64,000 nt of DNA from Neocallimastix sp. 'constans' (Eukaryota). The DNA lies in the NCBI GenBank assembly GCA_050613775.1, contig JBODTK010000013.1:620001-684000 (forward strand). The letters run 5' to 3'. Both the position numbers and the translations under genes were made by a program. The notes under the pieces were generated by a model. It worked only from the letters and a program-made list of their open reading frames with translations. It was not told where the DNA came from and searched no databases. Of the stretch, positions 1 through 20,390 are shown in pieces. Each line of letters opens with the position of its first letter. Within the stretch, counting starts at the first letter, position 1.

Positions 1-404
1 AAAAAAAAAAAAAATAAATAATAATATATATAATTTAAGATAACGAAAAATTGTTAAAATACAATTGTTTAATTGATAAAAATCAAATATTATTTCACAA
101 TCAAATATACAAAAATCTTCAAACTACGAAATATAAATTATATATATACATTATTTATAGAAACATTTAACAACAGTTGTTATTGTCAATATTGCTATAA
201 TAAAAAAAATAATTATTAATAATTAAAAAACAATTGTCAGTGATTAATTGTTTAATACATTTCATACTATCAAAATAAGTTTTTATTTATATATATAAAA
301 TATATATAAACATTTTATTTTATTTAAATTTTTTATTATTTTTTTTATTTTATTTTATTTTTTTTTTTTAAATAAATAGAATATAAAAATATATATATAA
401 AGCC

Positions 405-2906
405 ATGGCTGAAAATAGATTTTCACTTCAACTTGATTTGGATTTAGGTAGTGATATTCAATTCGGAAAAGATCTTGATTTCGATAATTTTAAGAAACAA
501 TTTTTATCGTCTGAAAGTACCGATGATATAGAAAAAAGATCACCAGTAAAGACAAATTTTCAAAATGCTAATACTAATCCTTCACCTGTGAAAACACCAC
601 TTTCTCAAAAGAGAGCAAGTTCCATCCTTACAGTCTCTAAATATTTAAATGATAGATATAGAACGGATAATGCAAAACAAGATAACAATATTTCTTCTCT
701 CCTATATAAAGTAGGTGATTTCTTTTTAAAGAAAAATACTGATGATAAAGAAGTCCATAGCAATGTCTTTGTCCCAACAAATACTTCAGATATGCCTTCA
801 GCTGTCATCATGAATATATTATTAAATATGAAATCTTCAAATGATTTATTTAATGCTTCCTTGGTTTGTAAACGTTGGGCTTCCATTGCTCTTCCTTTAC
901 TCTACTCAAAAATCCACATAAAAAATGAAAATAATTTCAAAATTTGTTTAAAAATGAAAAAATGTGGTAAGACTTGTCAACTCTGCTCCAGTAATAGTAA
1001 TTACACACCCATCCCTTTGAAGTATAAGGGTCTTATTCAAGAATTAATTGTTTCCATATCTCATATTGATATGAATAAATTAATTCCCACATCTACTTCA
1101 TCCTCCTATCTTCCAATTCATAAATCTAGTAATAAACAACGTTTATCTTTACAATCTACCCTTTCAAATTCTAGCTATTTATCCAACAGTTCATCAACAA
1201 GATTAAATAATAGAAGAGATTCTGAAGCTTCCATAGGTTCCACATTATCTACTTTATCTAATTCACTCTATAATTATCCTATAAATGAGGAAAAAATGAC
1301 ACATGAACCTACACCAGTTTCACCCTTGGAAGGAGTCAAGAGAAATTCATACTCTCCAACAAATTCTAGCTCTCTCTCCTCTCCTACCATTTTCTCCTCC
1401 TCAGAAAATAATACCAACAATAACAGCAATAATAGTAATAGTAGTTTATCAGAACTATTAAATCTTCCAATAGCTACTGGTGCTTCCGGTGGTACTACAG
1501 CCTCTTCTCTAAATGTTAATACTTCTTTAACGAGAGCAATGAAAAGAAGTAGTTTAAATAGCGGTACTTTGAGTCCACGACAAGGAAATAATTCCTTCCA
1601 ATCTGATCAAATTTTCGAAGAACATATTATTAATTGTGCCATCGGAGGCAACTTAAAAGTTTTAAAGTTGGTAAATATCGCTTTGCCTAACCTTAATACC
1701 ATGTTGAAATATATACCATCAAAACAACTGAAACACTTGGAAGTCACCACAATTCATAAGAGAACCACCTTAGAAATTGATACCTTTTTAAATTATTTAA
1801 AACATTGTGATTCTCTAAACTATCTAGGTCTCGGTTTCTGTACCGATCATTGTTCCTGTTGGTATGATGATAATGCCAAGTCATTAATGGGTCGATTAGT
1901 GAAATCCCTTCCTTCTCACCTTAAATCCTTAAGATTCTTCTGTAGTAATATGGTCACTCGTGATACGATGATTGTCATTTCTCAGAAATGTCCAAAATTA
2001 GAAAAATTGGATTTAACAGAGGCTTGGTTCGAGTTGGAAGAGGAGGAAGAGGAAGAAGAAAAAATTGATATGAATAAAAGTTTTGAAATGTTACAGGGAC
2101 AATCACAAAATCAAGGTCAAGATAATACCGATCAAGATCAAAATGAAGAAGAAAATCAAGATAGAATTACTTCTAAAAGATCATTTAAATTTTCAAATCT
2201 TAAATACTTTGGTTGTCGTGGAAGTGGAGGTTTAGCCACTACGAAAACAGTTTTAAATTTAATACGTTCTGCTCCAAAACTTTGCAATTTAAATTTAGAT
2301 AGTCCTAATGAAATGGCTCCCCTCACCTCTTCAAATCTTAATACCACTCCTGCTGGTAGAAGATCCGTTTCTCTTAACAGTAATCTCAGTAATCCTAGAA
2401 ATTCTACCAATGGTAAAATGGCCGTCACTTCTTCTGACCTTACCTTAAAACTTTTTGAAACCATATTAACACATGGTAATACAGAAAATTGGAAAACACT
2501 TTTCTTAGGTCCACACTTGAGATCCTGTTCTCTTGGAAATCTCCACTGTATTGCTCTCTTCAGTCATTTAGAGGTACTTCAATTGTCATGGGTCGCCGAT
2601 GATACCCTCTTGAATGAAATCACGGAACAATGTAGAAATTTAAAAATATTAGATATTTCATATTCCAGTGTAACGGATCAAGGTTTGAAGAAGACCTTCA
2701 TTGAAAATGGCTATGGTCAACAGTTAGAATGGCTTGGAATCCACAGTTGTAGTCAAATCACCAATGAAGGAAAGCTACTACTGGTTAGTGAGATGCCAAA
2801 ACTTTACGGTATCCTAACCGAAAAGGTAGCCCTCTACTGGATTAATAATCATTTTGAATTACGTGGATGGCGTGGTATGAATGGTTATAAACAATATATT
2901 ATGTAA
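405..2906 (+). CDS. F-box / leucine-rich-repeat protein (833 aa, intronless)
   Basis: Long ORF. It has an F-box-like motif (MPSAVIMNILLNM...LFNASLVCKRWASIALPLLYSKI), Ser/Asn-rich linkers and C-terminal cysteine-containing LRRs (CPKLEKLDLT, CRNLKILDISYSSVTDQGL, LEWLGIHSCSQITNEG). Confidence 0.85.
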   Translation: MAENRFSLQLDLDLGSDIQFGKDLDFDNFKKQFLSSESTDDIEKRSPVKTNFQNANTNPSPVKTPLSQKRASSILTVSKYLNDRYRTDNAKQDNNISSLLYKVGDFFLKKNTDDKEVHSNVFVPTNTSDMPSAVIMNILLNMKSSNDLFNASLVCKRWASIALPLLYSKIHIKNENNFKICLKMKKCGKTCQLCSSNSNYTPIPLKYKGLIQELIVSISHIDMNKLIPTSTSSSYLPIHKSSNKQRLSLQSTLSNSSYLSNSSSTRLNNRRDSEASIGSTLSTLSNSLYNYPINEEKMTHEPTPVSPLEGVKRNSYSPTNSSSLSSPTIFSSSENNTNNNSNNSNSSLSELLNLPIATGASGGTTASSLNVNTSLTRAMKRSSLNSGTLSPRQGNNSFQSDQIFEEHIINCAIGGNLKVLKLVNIALPNLNTMLKYIPSKQLKHLEVTTIHKRTTLEIDTFLNYLKHCDSLNYLGLGFCTDHCSCWYDDNAKSLMGRLVKSLPSHLKSLRFFCSNMVTRDTMIVISQKCPKLEKLDLTEAWFELEEEEEEEEKIDMNKSFEMLQGQSQNQGQDNTDQDQNEEENQDRITSKRSFKFSNLKYFGCRGSGGLATTKTVLNLIRSAPKLCNLNLDSPNEMAPLTSSNLNTTPAGRRSVSLNSNLSNPRNSTNGKMAVTSSDLTLKLFETILTHGNTENWKTLFLGPHLRSCSLGNLHCIALFSHLEVLQLSWVADDTLLNEITEQCRNLKILDISYSSVTDQGLKKTFIENGYGQQLEWLGIHSCSQITNEGKLLLVSEMPKLYGILTEKVALYWINNHFELRGWRGMNGYKQYIM

Positions 2907-3208
2907 TTTGTAAATAAAGGATAGTATATAAGAGGTTCTATTTAACCTATTAAAACTCCATATTATAGAAAAAAAAAAAAAAAGTTCAAAAAGAAATATT
3001 AAATTATCAATAATTTATAGAAAAGTATATATATATATATATAAAATTAAAAGTTAAAAATATATATATTTATATCAAATTTTTTTATTTATTTATTATT
3101 ACTACTATTATTATTTTTTTTTTAATTCTTTCATTTAATTATTTTGTGGTTCATAAATTTTTTTTTTTATCAAAATCTATTATATCTAATATGTTATTTG
3201 TAACTTTT

Positions 3209-3248
<40 letters not shown>

Positions 3249-3829
3249 AAAAATATTATCAATGTATTCAAAAACATAAGTAATATAAGCAAAAAAAAAA
3301 AAAAAAAGAAAAAAAATTAGTAATTATTTTCTGGTTATTATAATATACTAAAATAAAATAAAAAGAAAAAAATTTTAATAAAAAAAAAATAGTAAAAATA
3401 TATAATTAAAATATTTTATTAATGAAAAAAATAATTTAAATACTAAATATTATTAATATTATTGTTAATTTTCTAAATAATTTTTTTTTTTTTTTTTTTT
3501 AATTATGAATATCTTGAATTTTTATTCATTTTCTTTCTGTTACCCATAACATTATGAATTGAAATTTGATATAAAAAAAAAAAAAAAAAAAATTTTTTTT
3601 TTTTAATCCTCATTATATTTATTAGACATAATATATTAGTCATCATTTATTAATTACAGAAATATTTTTAATTTTAATATAAAATAAAAAAAAAAAAAAA
3701 AAAAAAATACGAAAGTAATAAAATAAATAAATATTATTTGTCCAATTAAAACTTAATAATATTTAAAATAGTAATGTGAAATAAAAAAATAGGTTATATT
3801 CAAAAATAAAGTGTATAAATAAATTCAGA

Positions 3830-4345
3830 AAAAAGTTCCTATGCAACGAACCTCATTTCTTAATGGATTAGGGTTAAAATTGGCTAATGGTCTTTTTCTT
3901 CAGAGATATTGGCCCTGCTCTCCTGTCTTACTGCATTTTCAACATTGACGCTCCTGGTTAGTCTGCATTTATACTTTCAGAATAGCAACTCTTGTCAAGT
4001 ACTGGCCTGAGGTATAATTTCTGTAAAGAGAGCCGCAGATCGCACCATGAATGGCGTTTTTGAATAATCACCAGAAATGATTTTGGTTCTTAAACAAAAC
4101 ATCCCATTTCTTTTTATAAATTTAAATCAATAATGTCTGTAATGTCTGCATCTCTTCCACCAAGAAGGAAGTTATATATAATGGGTACCACATCACATAT
4201 ATATTTACACACTCATTATTCAGAAAATTACTTAAATTAACACGATTTTCACCAATTGAACTATTCACTACATTATTAGTAATGATACTATTATTTTCAC
4301 TATCACTAATACTACTATTTTTAACAATAAAAGTATTTTTAAAAA
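3830..4345 (-). pseudogene. GC-enriched decayed coding relic, probably the 3' end of a non-LTR retrotransposon ORF
   Basis: Island of complex sequence in AT-rich DNA. The minus strand gives protein-like segments broken by stops and frameshifts (NSSISDSENNSII...; IYNFLLGGRDADIT; ISGDYSKTPFMVRSAALFTEIIPQAST*QELLF*KYKCRLTRSVNVENAVRQESRANISEEKDH*). The TE assignment is inference. Confidence 0.45.
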
Positions 4346-4406
4346 ATAGAATTACCTAATTAAATATAACTCTAATATTATTAATTATACTAAATTATAT
4401 AAGATG

Positions 4407-4441
<35 letters not shown>

Positions 4442-5248
4442 CCCATTGATAAATGAATAGAACAATATATTGAAATTTAAAACTATAACTATTCCTTTTT
4501 AGAAGAGAAAAAAAAAAAAAAACAATTGTAAATATAAATAAATATATATACAAAAGTATAATTAATTTTTCCTTTGTACTTTATATAGTTATTATGAATA
4601 TATATATATATATATATATTTTTTTTTTCGTTTTCTTTTTCTTTTCATATATAGATATATATAAATATTTATCAACTATTTAAGATATTTTTTAAATTTT
4701 AAATAGATTATTTATTAATTTAATTTATTTTCTTTTTTTTTGTCCTTTTTTTTTTTTTTATTTTTATTTTTATTTTTATTTTTTTTTTTTAATCTTTTTC
4801 TTTTTATTATTATTATTTTTAAAATTATTATTTTATTATTTTATATAATATATAATTATTTAATTTAAAATAAAAATTATTTAAATATATTTAGTAAAAA
4901 AAAAAAAAAAAAATACAAAATATATATATATATATTAATTATTTTATTAATTATTTATATAATTATTTATTTAAACTATAAAAGAAAAATAATAATAATT
5001 AGATTCATTATTATTATTATTTTGTTTTCTAACTTAATTGATTTTTTTTTTATATAATAATATTATTATTATTCTTTATATATAATTGAATAACTTTATA
5101 TCTTATTATAATAATATTTGAAAATTAAATAAATCATGGACTTTTTTTTTTTTTTTTTTTTTTATCTATTTTATGTTTAGTAGTACTATAAAAAATATAA
5201 ATATAATATTATTCATAATATGTTTTTATAATAATAATTTTTTTTTTG

Positions 5249-5288
<40 letters not shown>

Positions 5289-5312
5289 TTAAATAAAAAT
5301 ATTTTGGATTGC

Positions 5313-7261
<1,949 letters not shown>

Positions 7262-7314
7262 TACTGTCACTATTTTTTTTATTTTATAAATATTCATATT
7301 GTGCAATATTGTTA

Positions 7315-7345
<31 letters not shown>

Positions 7346-7563
7346 GATATTTTTATTATTGAAATTATTATTATTTTGATAGTAAAGTTTTTTGTTGAAA
7401 AATATATATTTTTTTTACGTTCATTATTATACATATATAAATAATATTAATTGTGTTTTATTATAAATAATAATAATATATATATAAATTTGTTATATAT
7501 AAGAATAAATATATTAGTTATTTTTGTCTATATTTTATGGCTGTTTCACATATCACAAAATAT

Positions 7564-7601
<38 letters not shown>

Positions 7602-8734
7602 TATTTTATTTATTTTTTCTTCTTTTTCCTCTTTCAATATTTTACTTTTTTTTTTTTATTATTCTTATTTTATATTTTTCTATATATATATATATATATA
7701 TATTTTATTTTCATTTCATTCTATATTATTATTATTATTATTATTATTTTCTTATATAAAATATAAATTTCCTAATATTCCATTTCTTCATTCTTATTTA
7801 TTTCTGAATATTAATTTATCTTTTTTTTTTTTTTTTTTTTTTTTCAAAAAATATATATATATATATATATGTTTATTGCCGTATTCTCTTTTTATTACTC
7901 AGTTATTATATTCTTTATATTTTTTTGTCATTATGAAATCCTCATTCTCTTATTCTTATTTTTTTTATTTTTTAAAAGTATATTTTGGTATTTGTTTCTT
8001 TCCAATAATTATATTTGAATACTTTGAATAAAAAGAACATTTAATTATTATTATTATTTCTTTCAAATGAAATATGAAATATACACTATTTTGGTATTCG
8101 AAAATTAATTATTTAATAATATTTGAATTTTAACTTTTTTTATTTTTTCTCCTTTTTTTTTTTTTTTTTTTTAATTATTATTATTGTTATTTGTATGTTA
8201 TTATTCTCATAAGTTATAAATATAAAAATAAAAAAAACAGATATAGATATTTATATTACTTTTTGATATATCCTATAAAAATAATAATAAGTAAATAGTA
8301 TAGAATAAATATAAATAATATTAATTTTTTTTTTAAAAAAAAAAAAATAATATAAAAAAGGAAAATAAAAAAAAAATAAAAAATAATATAAAAAATTTAA
8401 AAAAATAAAAAAAAAAAAAAATTCAAAAAAAAAAAAAATAATAATAATAATAATAATAATATATAATAAAATAATAATAAAATAAAATAATTTTATTACA
8501 ATTTTTTTTTTTTTTTTTTATTTTTTCATACTATATAACTAATAATAAAATGAATTTTATTTGTTTTTGTTTTAAATATTCTTAACAAGAAACAAAATAA
8601 ATGGAAATAATACAAATATAATAATTTATTATAATATAAGACTTTTTATTATAATAATTATTATTTTTAAAAATAGATATATACCAACTAAAAATAACTT
8701 TTATTTATTTTAAAACTTTTATTCTTCATAATTA

Positions 8735-8773
<39 letters not shown>

Positions 8774-9038
8774 TATTATTATTATTATTTATTATTTATT
8801 ATTATTTTATTATTATTATTATTTATTATTATTATTATTATTTATTATTATTATTATTATTATTATAGTTCTTTAATATTTTAACTCTATAAATTATATA
8901 AAATATTTTAATTTTTTTTTTTTTTAAATATTAATTATTAATTATATGAAATTAAAAAAATTTTAAAATTATATGTAAAAGCGTTATTATTAATAATAAA
9001 TAAAAAATAATAATTTAAATAAATAAAAATATTAATAC

Positions 9039-9088
<50 letters not shown>

Positions 9089-9559
9089 TTAAATCTGATC
9101 TTACATTAATTGTTATTTATGACTCTAATTTATAAGCTCTAATTATAATTATATATATATATTATTATTAATAAATATTTAACACTCAACACATTACAGA
9201 TAATATTTTAAATTTTATTTATTATAAATTGTATAATTGAATCATACTACTTTAAGAAATAATAAAAATATATACTATTAATTATAATATATAATATACT
9301 GCTAATTATTATATATTGTGTTTAATATATATATATATATAAATACAATTAATTAAAACTAAATGCAATTTAGATGATAGTTTATTATTAATAAAAAGTA
9401 GGAATAATGAATAATTACTAATTAATAAAAATCATGAATTATCCATATTAAAATATATACCTAATAAAATGTATAAATGATAATTGAGGCTAGATATAAT
9501 GAATTTAATAAATTATATTAAAGTTTTTTTTTATATTTTTTTTGTCAATTTATTTAATT

Positions 9560-9598
<39 letters not shown>

Positions 9599-10527
9599 AA
9601 TTTTCGTTAAAAATAAATACAAAAACATTATACAAAAATGTTTAAAAATAAAATTTCCAAATTAAACATTATTGATACTCTTTAAATTATAAAACAAATT
9701 TATAACAATGAGGATATAATTGAATTTCTCTAAATAATTAAACATTTTTTTTTTTATTTTTTTAAATATTTAAATTTAATATAATAAAATATTATATATA
9801 TTATTAAAATTTTATATTTAATTATATTAATTAAAATTAATAGAGAATTTACATTTTATTTTATTGTTTTATAATATATAATTTTGACTTTTTTGATGAA
9901 TAATCAGTATTTAAGAATATCAGCATTATTGTTAAATACGTATTATATATAAATTATAATACTATTGTACATATCTTTACATATGTTTTTATTTTTAATT
10001 TTTTATTCTTTCTATTTTTTAAGCAGAATATTCTAAATCTTAAATAATATGATAAAAAAAAAAAAAAGGTATCATAAAAGATGAAAAAAATATTAAAAAT
10101 TAAAAATGTTCATTATAAAGGAATAAGTAATAAGAGGTAAAGATAATTATAAAAATTGATCTTTATAAAGGAATAAGGTGTAAATATAATTATATAAGAT
10201 AAAAATTTATCAAATTATATGTTGTATACAGATTTAGTGAAGATCATTTTATAAAGTAATAAAATAATTAATGAATCTTCTATTTTCGTATATAGTAACA
10301 AGTACTTTTATTAACACATTTAAATAAAATAAAATTTGTTTATTATATCTATATTTGTATTACGTTAATTTAGAAAGATAGATATAATTTATACAAAATA
10401 AGAATAGTTTTCAGTTAATATATATAAATAAATGTACAAATATATATATAATTTATATTTTATTTATATATAGCTTTTTTTTTATTTTTATTATTTTATT
10501 TTATTTTATTTTATTTTATAAAGATTA

Positions 10528-10596
<69 letters not shown>

Positions 10597-12190
10597 TTAA
10601 TTTCGTAATAACTATTACATAAAAAAAAAAAAAAAAAAATAATAGACTCGATACTTTTAAATATACAAATTAGTTAAATTTTTTATTATTTAACTTGACA
10701 TCATAATTATTATTGATTTTTATTAGCATTATTTATTATTATGGTAATTTTTTTTTATTATTAGTGATATGATTTATTTAATCTATCATCCTTATTAAGA
10801 TCTTTACATTTATAAATAAGTTAAAACAATAAAAAAAATTTTTTTTTTCTTAATCATAATTTAAATTAAAATATTCTCTATAGAATTATATGATTATATG
10901 TATCATCCATTTTTTTTTTTTTTTTGATCATTTAATTAAAAGTAAATTATAATTAAATATTTTTAAAATAAAAAAAATTAAAAAAAAAAAAGTAAAAAAA
11001 AAAAAATATTTTAATTATAATTATATAAAAATAGTATAAAAAATTTTTTTATTATATAACTATATTTTTTATACTTCATTCTTTTTAATTATATTTAATT
11101 AATATAAATTAAGATATCTTTAAAATAAAAAAAAAAATTAGCATACTAAATTTACTTCTTTTTTTTTTTATTTTTATTTTAAATATATACAATAAAAATA
11201 TAAAAAATATACAATAAACAAAATAATATTTAAATAATTACATAAAAATTTGTTAAACTAAAATGACTTGTAATAAGAAAATTAATTTTATATAAATTTA
11301 AAAAAAAAAAAGTATTCATTCATATTGATTCATTGATTCAATATATATATATATTTTTTGAAACATAGTTTTCATTGTTGATATAATTTTAAATTTTTAT
11401 TTTATACATCTATTTATCTTATTATTATCATATCAAAAAGAATATATAAAATTTGAGCTATGATTAAATAATAATAAATTAATTCATTAAAACTTTTATA
11501 ATTATGTATTATAAAAAAAAAAAAAAAACATTATCATAAAGTTAATATATATATATTTCTTTAGATATTAATATAATATCATATTTTTTAGTACAATTTT
11601 CTCATATCAAATGATTATGAAAAAAAAATTTTTTTTATTTAATTTTTTTAAAATAATAATAATATATACAATCTATTATTATTTAAATAGAAATAAATAT
11701 TTATTTTAAGATTTTTTTTGATATAATTCAATTTATTTTAGAATTATAAATTTAGATATCAAAAGTTTATTTATATAGATTTAAAATTTGTTTACATTTT
11801 CTTTCTATATTCTATTTAAAAAAAAAAAGATAAAATAAAATAAAATTAATTAAATGTGCAATATTATTAGTTATATCATAAATTTTATTATTAGTAGTAG
11901 TTGTAAAATGATGAAATTCATTAAAAAAAAAAAAAAAAAAAAAAAAACTATAACTTATTAAATTATTTTTTTTTTCTCTCAATAATTAGAAAGGTTAAAA
12001 ATATTATTCTATCAATTTAACAATACAGATATATATAATTTACATATTTATTTTGTTTTTTAAACAAAATAAATAAAAATAAAAAAAAAAAATAAATAAA
12101 AAAAAAATAAATAAGAAAAGGAGATAATCGATCAAATTTTATTAATTTATATGGTATAATATATATATATATATATTTTTTTTAATATTT

Positions 12191-12224
<34 letters not shown>

Positions 12225-12470
12225 TTTTATGGAAATAAAATTTAATGTATTTTGGATATAAAAAAAAAATCATTTGTTAAACATTCCATTTTGTAAAGAA
12301 AATATATATATTTGTATATAATAAATTATTAATTTAATTATATATTAAATTTTAATATTTATAAAATATAAAATTAGTATATTTTATTGACATATTTTTT
12401 TAAAAAAAAAAAAAGTCGAAAAAAGAAAAGAAATTGTATTAATATTTCAATTACTAATTAAAAAAAAAAA

Positions 12471-16905
<4,435 letters not shown>

Positions 16906-17877
16906 AAAAAAATTACAAATAAAAATAATAATAAAAAAAAATAAATAAATAAAATAAAAATAAGACATAGATATAAATTAGGCATATATATATATATATA
17001 TTTAGTTATCTTAATTGACATATATATTTATTCAACTTTTTTTTATTAAAAAAAAAAAAAAGCATCCTTAAATGAACACTTTACCATGATAATTGTATAA
17101 AAATATTTAAAGACAAGGGGACAATTTAACTCTTAATTTTAATATATATTTTTATTTTTTGATTAAATCAGTATAAATATTTCACTAGAACATATATTCT
17201 TAGAAAAAAAAAAAAAAAAAAAAAAAAAAAAGATTATAGTTTATTAATATTTTAGTATAAAATAAAAAAAACCATAATTTTTTTTTATATGTAGTAATAA
17301 CAATAATTAATAAAATATATATAAAAAAAAGATAATAATAAAAAATAATAATAATAATAATAAATAAAATAAAAAAGATATTACTATTTTTTTTTTTTTT
17401 TTTAATCTTGATTGCTTTATTTTTATTATGTTTGTTATTATTATTATTATAAAAAAATATATTTTTTCTTTTTTTTTTTTTTTTTTATTGATTAATCAAA
17501 ATTTATAATGATTATATGATTATAATGATTAAAATAAAAATAAAAAAAGATCATTAAAAATTATAAAAAAAAACTTAACATATTATTTATATTATATATA
17601 TATATTTAAATATTTTTAAATATAATTAATGATATTTACTGTTCAAAATAAAAAACTTTTAAATATTTTGATATATGATAAATAAAAATAAATTTCTTTT
17701 TTTTTCTTTCCTTTTCTTTTCTCTCTCTTTTTTTTTTCTATCTAATAAAAAAAAAAAAAAAAAAAAGTGAAAAAGAAATAATATTCATAGGCATCAAATT
17801 TAATTTAACAATTGATGATGATAATTAATTATTATATAAATTAGTGAATTAAATTATTTTTAATTGATTATTCAAAT

Positions 17878-18413
17878 TTAAAAATGACGTCCTCCACGAC
17901 GGCCACGGCCACGACCACCACGTCCACCACGAATACTTTTCAATGCTATATTTATATAATAAAACAATTAAATTTTTTATAAAAAAAAAAAAGTAATAAA
18001 AATACAAAAATAAAAATAATAATAAAAATAAAAATAAAAAATTATTAGTATATATATATATATTAATTTAAAAATAAAAATAAAATAATAAAAAAAATCA
18101 TGTATTATATGTATTATATAGTATTTTGTTATATATCTTTTATATCTTTTTTTATATATTGTAACTATCTTAATTGTTAAAAACATACATCTTGGATCCT
18201 TCTTTGATTTTGATTTTGGGGTATCATCTATTAATAAAGTATCTAATGGTAAGTTTTCTGGAAGAATGAAGTATCTAATATTATTTCCACGAACACATAA
18301 TGAATCTAAAGATACTGGATCTCTATTCTTAACAGTCATTTTAACAGTCTTTAAATGAGTATTCATAGCCATATCGACACCTTTATTTATATACAAATAT
18401 AATTATAAATTTA

Positions 18414-18472
<59 letters not shown>

Positions 18473-18604
18473 GATAATTATTCATATATAAATTATAAAA
18501 TATATATATAATAAAAATATATATATATAATATATATATAATAAAATATTTATTAATAAAATTCTGTTATTTATAAAATCTATTAATTACTATTTTTAAA
18601 ATTC

Positions 18605-18635
<31 letters not shown>

Positions 18636-19597
18636 TACCAACAACAGTTCCATTAACAACAGTACCATTTTTAAGTTCTATGGTAACAGTTTGATTTTTC
18701 TTACTTAATTTCATAAGAAATCTATAATTAAAAATAAAAATATTTCAAAAAGATTTGATATATTAGAAATATATTTCTTTCTTTCTACATTAATATATTA
18801 TTATTTCTTTTTGGAAAAAAAAAAAATGAAAACAAAAAATTTAATTTTTAAACAATCCCAAATCCTAGAATTATTTTTGCATATTAATAGAAAAAAAAAA
18901 TAATATGTTATAAGGTTATTTATAAAAATCCATTTAAATTCTTATTATTTTACTAATCCATATTTTTAAGGATTTTTAAATTTTTCATAATTTTTAATAA
19001 ACTTAATTTTCAATGATATATTATATTAATGGTTCAACGAAACAATAATAATATTAATATTAGTTCCAAACAATTGAATTTTAAAATTATAAGTTTATTA
19101 ATTTCCAATTTAATATTCTCATTGTGTATTAAAAGAAAAAGACATATTCATTTTCCTGATCAATTATATAAAATATCTGAATTATTAAAAATTATATGTT
19201 GTTTCATCTTTTTTTTTTTTTTTCTTTTTTAGAGTTATATTAATTGGAGTTTCGAAATAATGTCAAAATCTATATTAACTTTTATTACTTGCGTTGAAAA
19301 AATAATTTATATCATTAGTTAAATAAACTATAGTTTAAATATATTCAACTTTAGATAATGAATTTTCCATTTATAACAAATTTTAATTAATCTCTTTAAT
19401 TATTTTTTTTTTTTTTTTGAATCCTAGATTTTTTATAATTTTAATCAAATAATACATATAAATCAAAAAAAAAATAATAATAATAATTATAAAAACTTAA
19501 AGAAACAAATAATATTAAACAGAATATATATTATTTTATTTAAGAAAAAATATTTAAATAATTTTTATAATATTATATTTTACCTTACGAGTTTCAT
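17878..19597 (-). CDS. SMD1: Small nuclear ribonucleoprotein Sm D1; 4 exons: 19597-19584, 18721-18639, ~18380-18191, 17946-17878
   Basis: Spliced product [48 protein letters not shown]...[21 protein letters not shown], ending in a GR-rich tail ([17 protein letters not shown]). Confidence 0.96.
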
Positions 19598-20390
19598 CTT
19601 GACTATATTTTATTATAATTATTTTTAAATATACAAATTATTAATTATAAAAAATTAAAAAATATAAAAAAAAATTTTTTTTTTTATATTTAATATTTTA
19701 TCAAATCAAAAAAAAAATATAAAAAATAAAATATAAAAAAATTATAAAAAAATATTAATTATTTAGATTTGACCGTAATTAATTATAATCCATTTTACAA
19801 CTATCCATTTTATGGCTATTACATTATGTACATTCTCTATTATTGGAATAATTATTAAGAGATAATTAAATTAACATATATTTATGTATAAAGGTAATAT
19901 ATTTATGATTAACATATGATATGTATGATAATCTAATTAAAAAAAAGAAAATAGATTGATTTATTAAAAGTTTATACAACATAAAAAAAATTTTTTTTTT
20001 TATTTACATTTATCTTATTTAATTTTTCCAAGGTTCAATAATTCATTCAAGGAAAAAAAAAAAGGTAAATAAAAAAAATATATGGAAGAGGACTATAATT
20101 CCAAAAAAGAAATAAAATAAAATAAAATAAAACTTAAAAATTTGTATATTAATAAATATATAATCGAATAATTTTTTTTTTTTATTTTTATTTTTTGAAA
20201 ATTTAAATTATTTATTTATACAATTAATTATAAATTACAATGAAATTTAGATGTAATAGTTATTTTAAATAATAATAATATAGATAAAAGTTATACTAAT
20301 ATATTTCTTCTTATTATTAATAAATTATACTCATACTGAAAAACAAAAAAAAAATAAATAAATAATAAAATTAATCTAACCAAAAATAAG

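Noticed and set aside
3868..3876. Telomerase RNA called as a feature from the TAACCCTAA template
   Set aside because: Only about 40 nt of complex sequence lie 3' of the 9-mer on that strand, leaving no room for a pseudoknot and CR4/5, and the upstream part reads as decayed protein code. Kept only as a weak alternative in findings.
3900..3990. SRP RNA, RNase P/MRP RNA or U6atac in the GC island (GGAGAGCAGG, GCAGACTA, CTTGACAAG fragments on the minus strand)
   Set aside because: Only isolated short matches. The partner strands and spacing needed for SRP helix 8, the P4 helix or the AAGGAGA box are not present.
7451..7766. Short ORFs rich in Ile/Phe/Tyr/Lys/Leu (also 13317-13660, 15583, 21733, 27318, 29317, 30827, 41526-41947, 48742, 51312, 52226-52489, 58842, 59408)
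   Set aside because: Translations of homopolymers and (TAT)n/(TA)n microsatellites, often with non-ATG starts. Not genes.
10068..10290. Possible coding or TE relic in the 5-kb gap upstream of Rap1
   Set aside because: Only slightly purine-enriched, with a repeated TTATAAAGGAATAAG. All frames are interrupted and no motif is recognisable.
18722..19583. Intronic snoRNA in the long first intron of SMD1
   Set aside because: No sense-strand C box (RTGATGA) and D box (CTGA) pair with a terminal stem was found by eye. A snoscan or Infernal run would be needed to exclude it fully.
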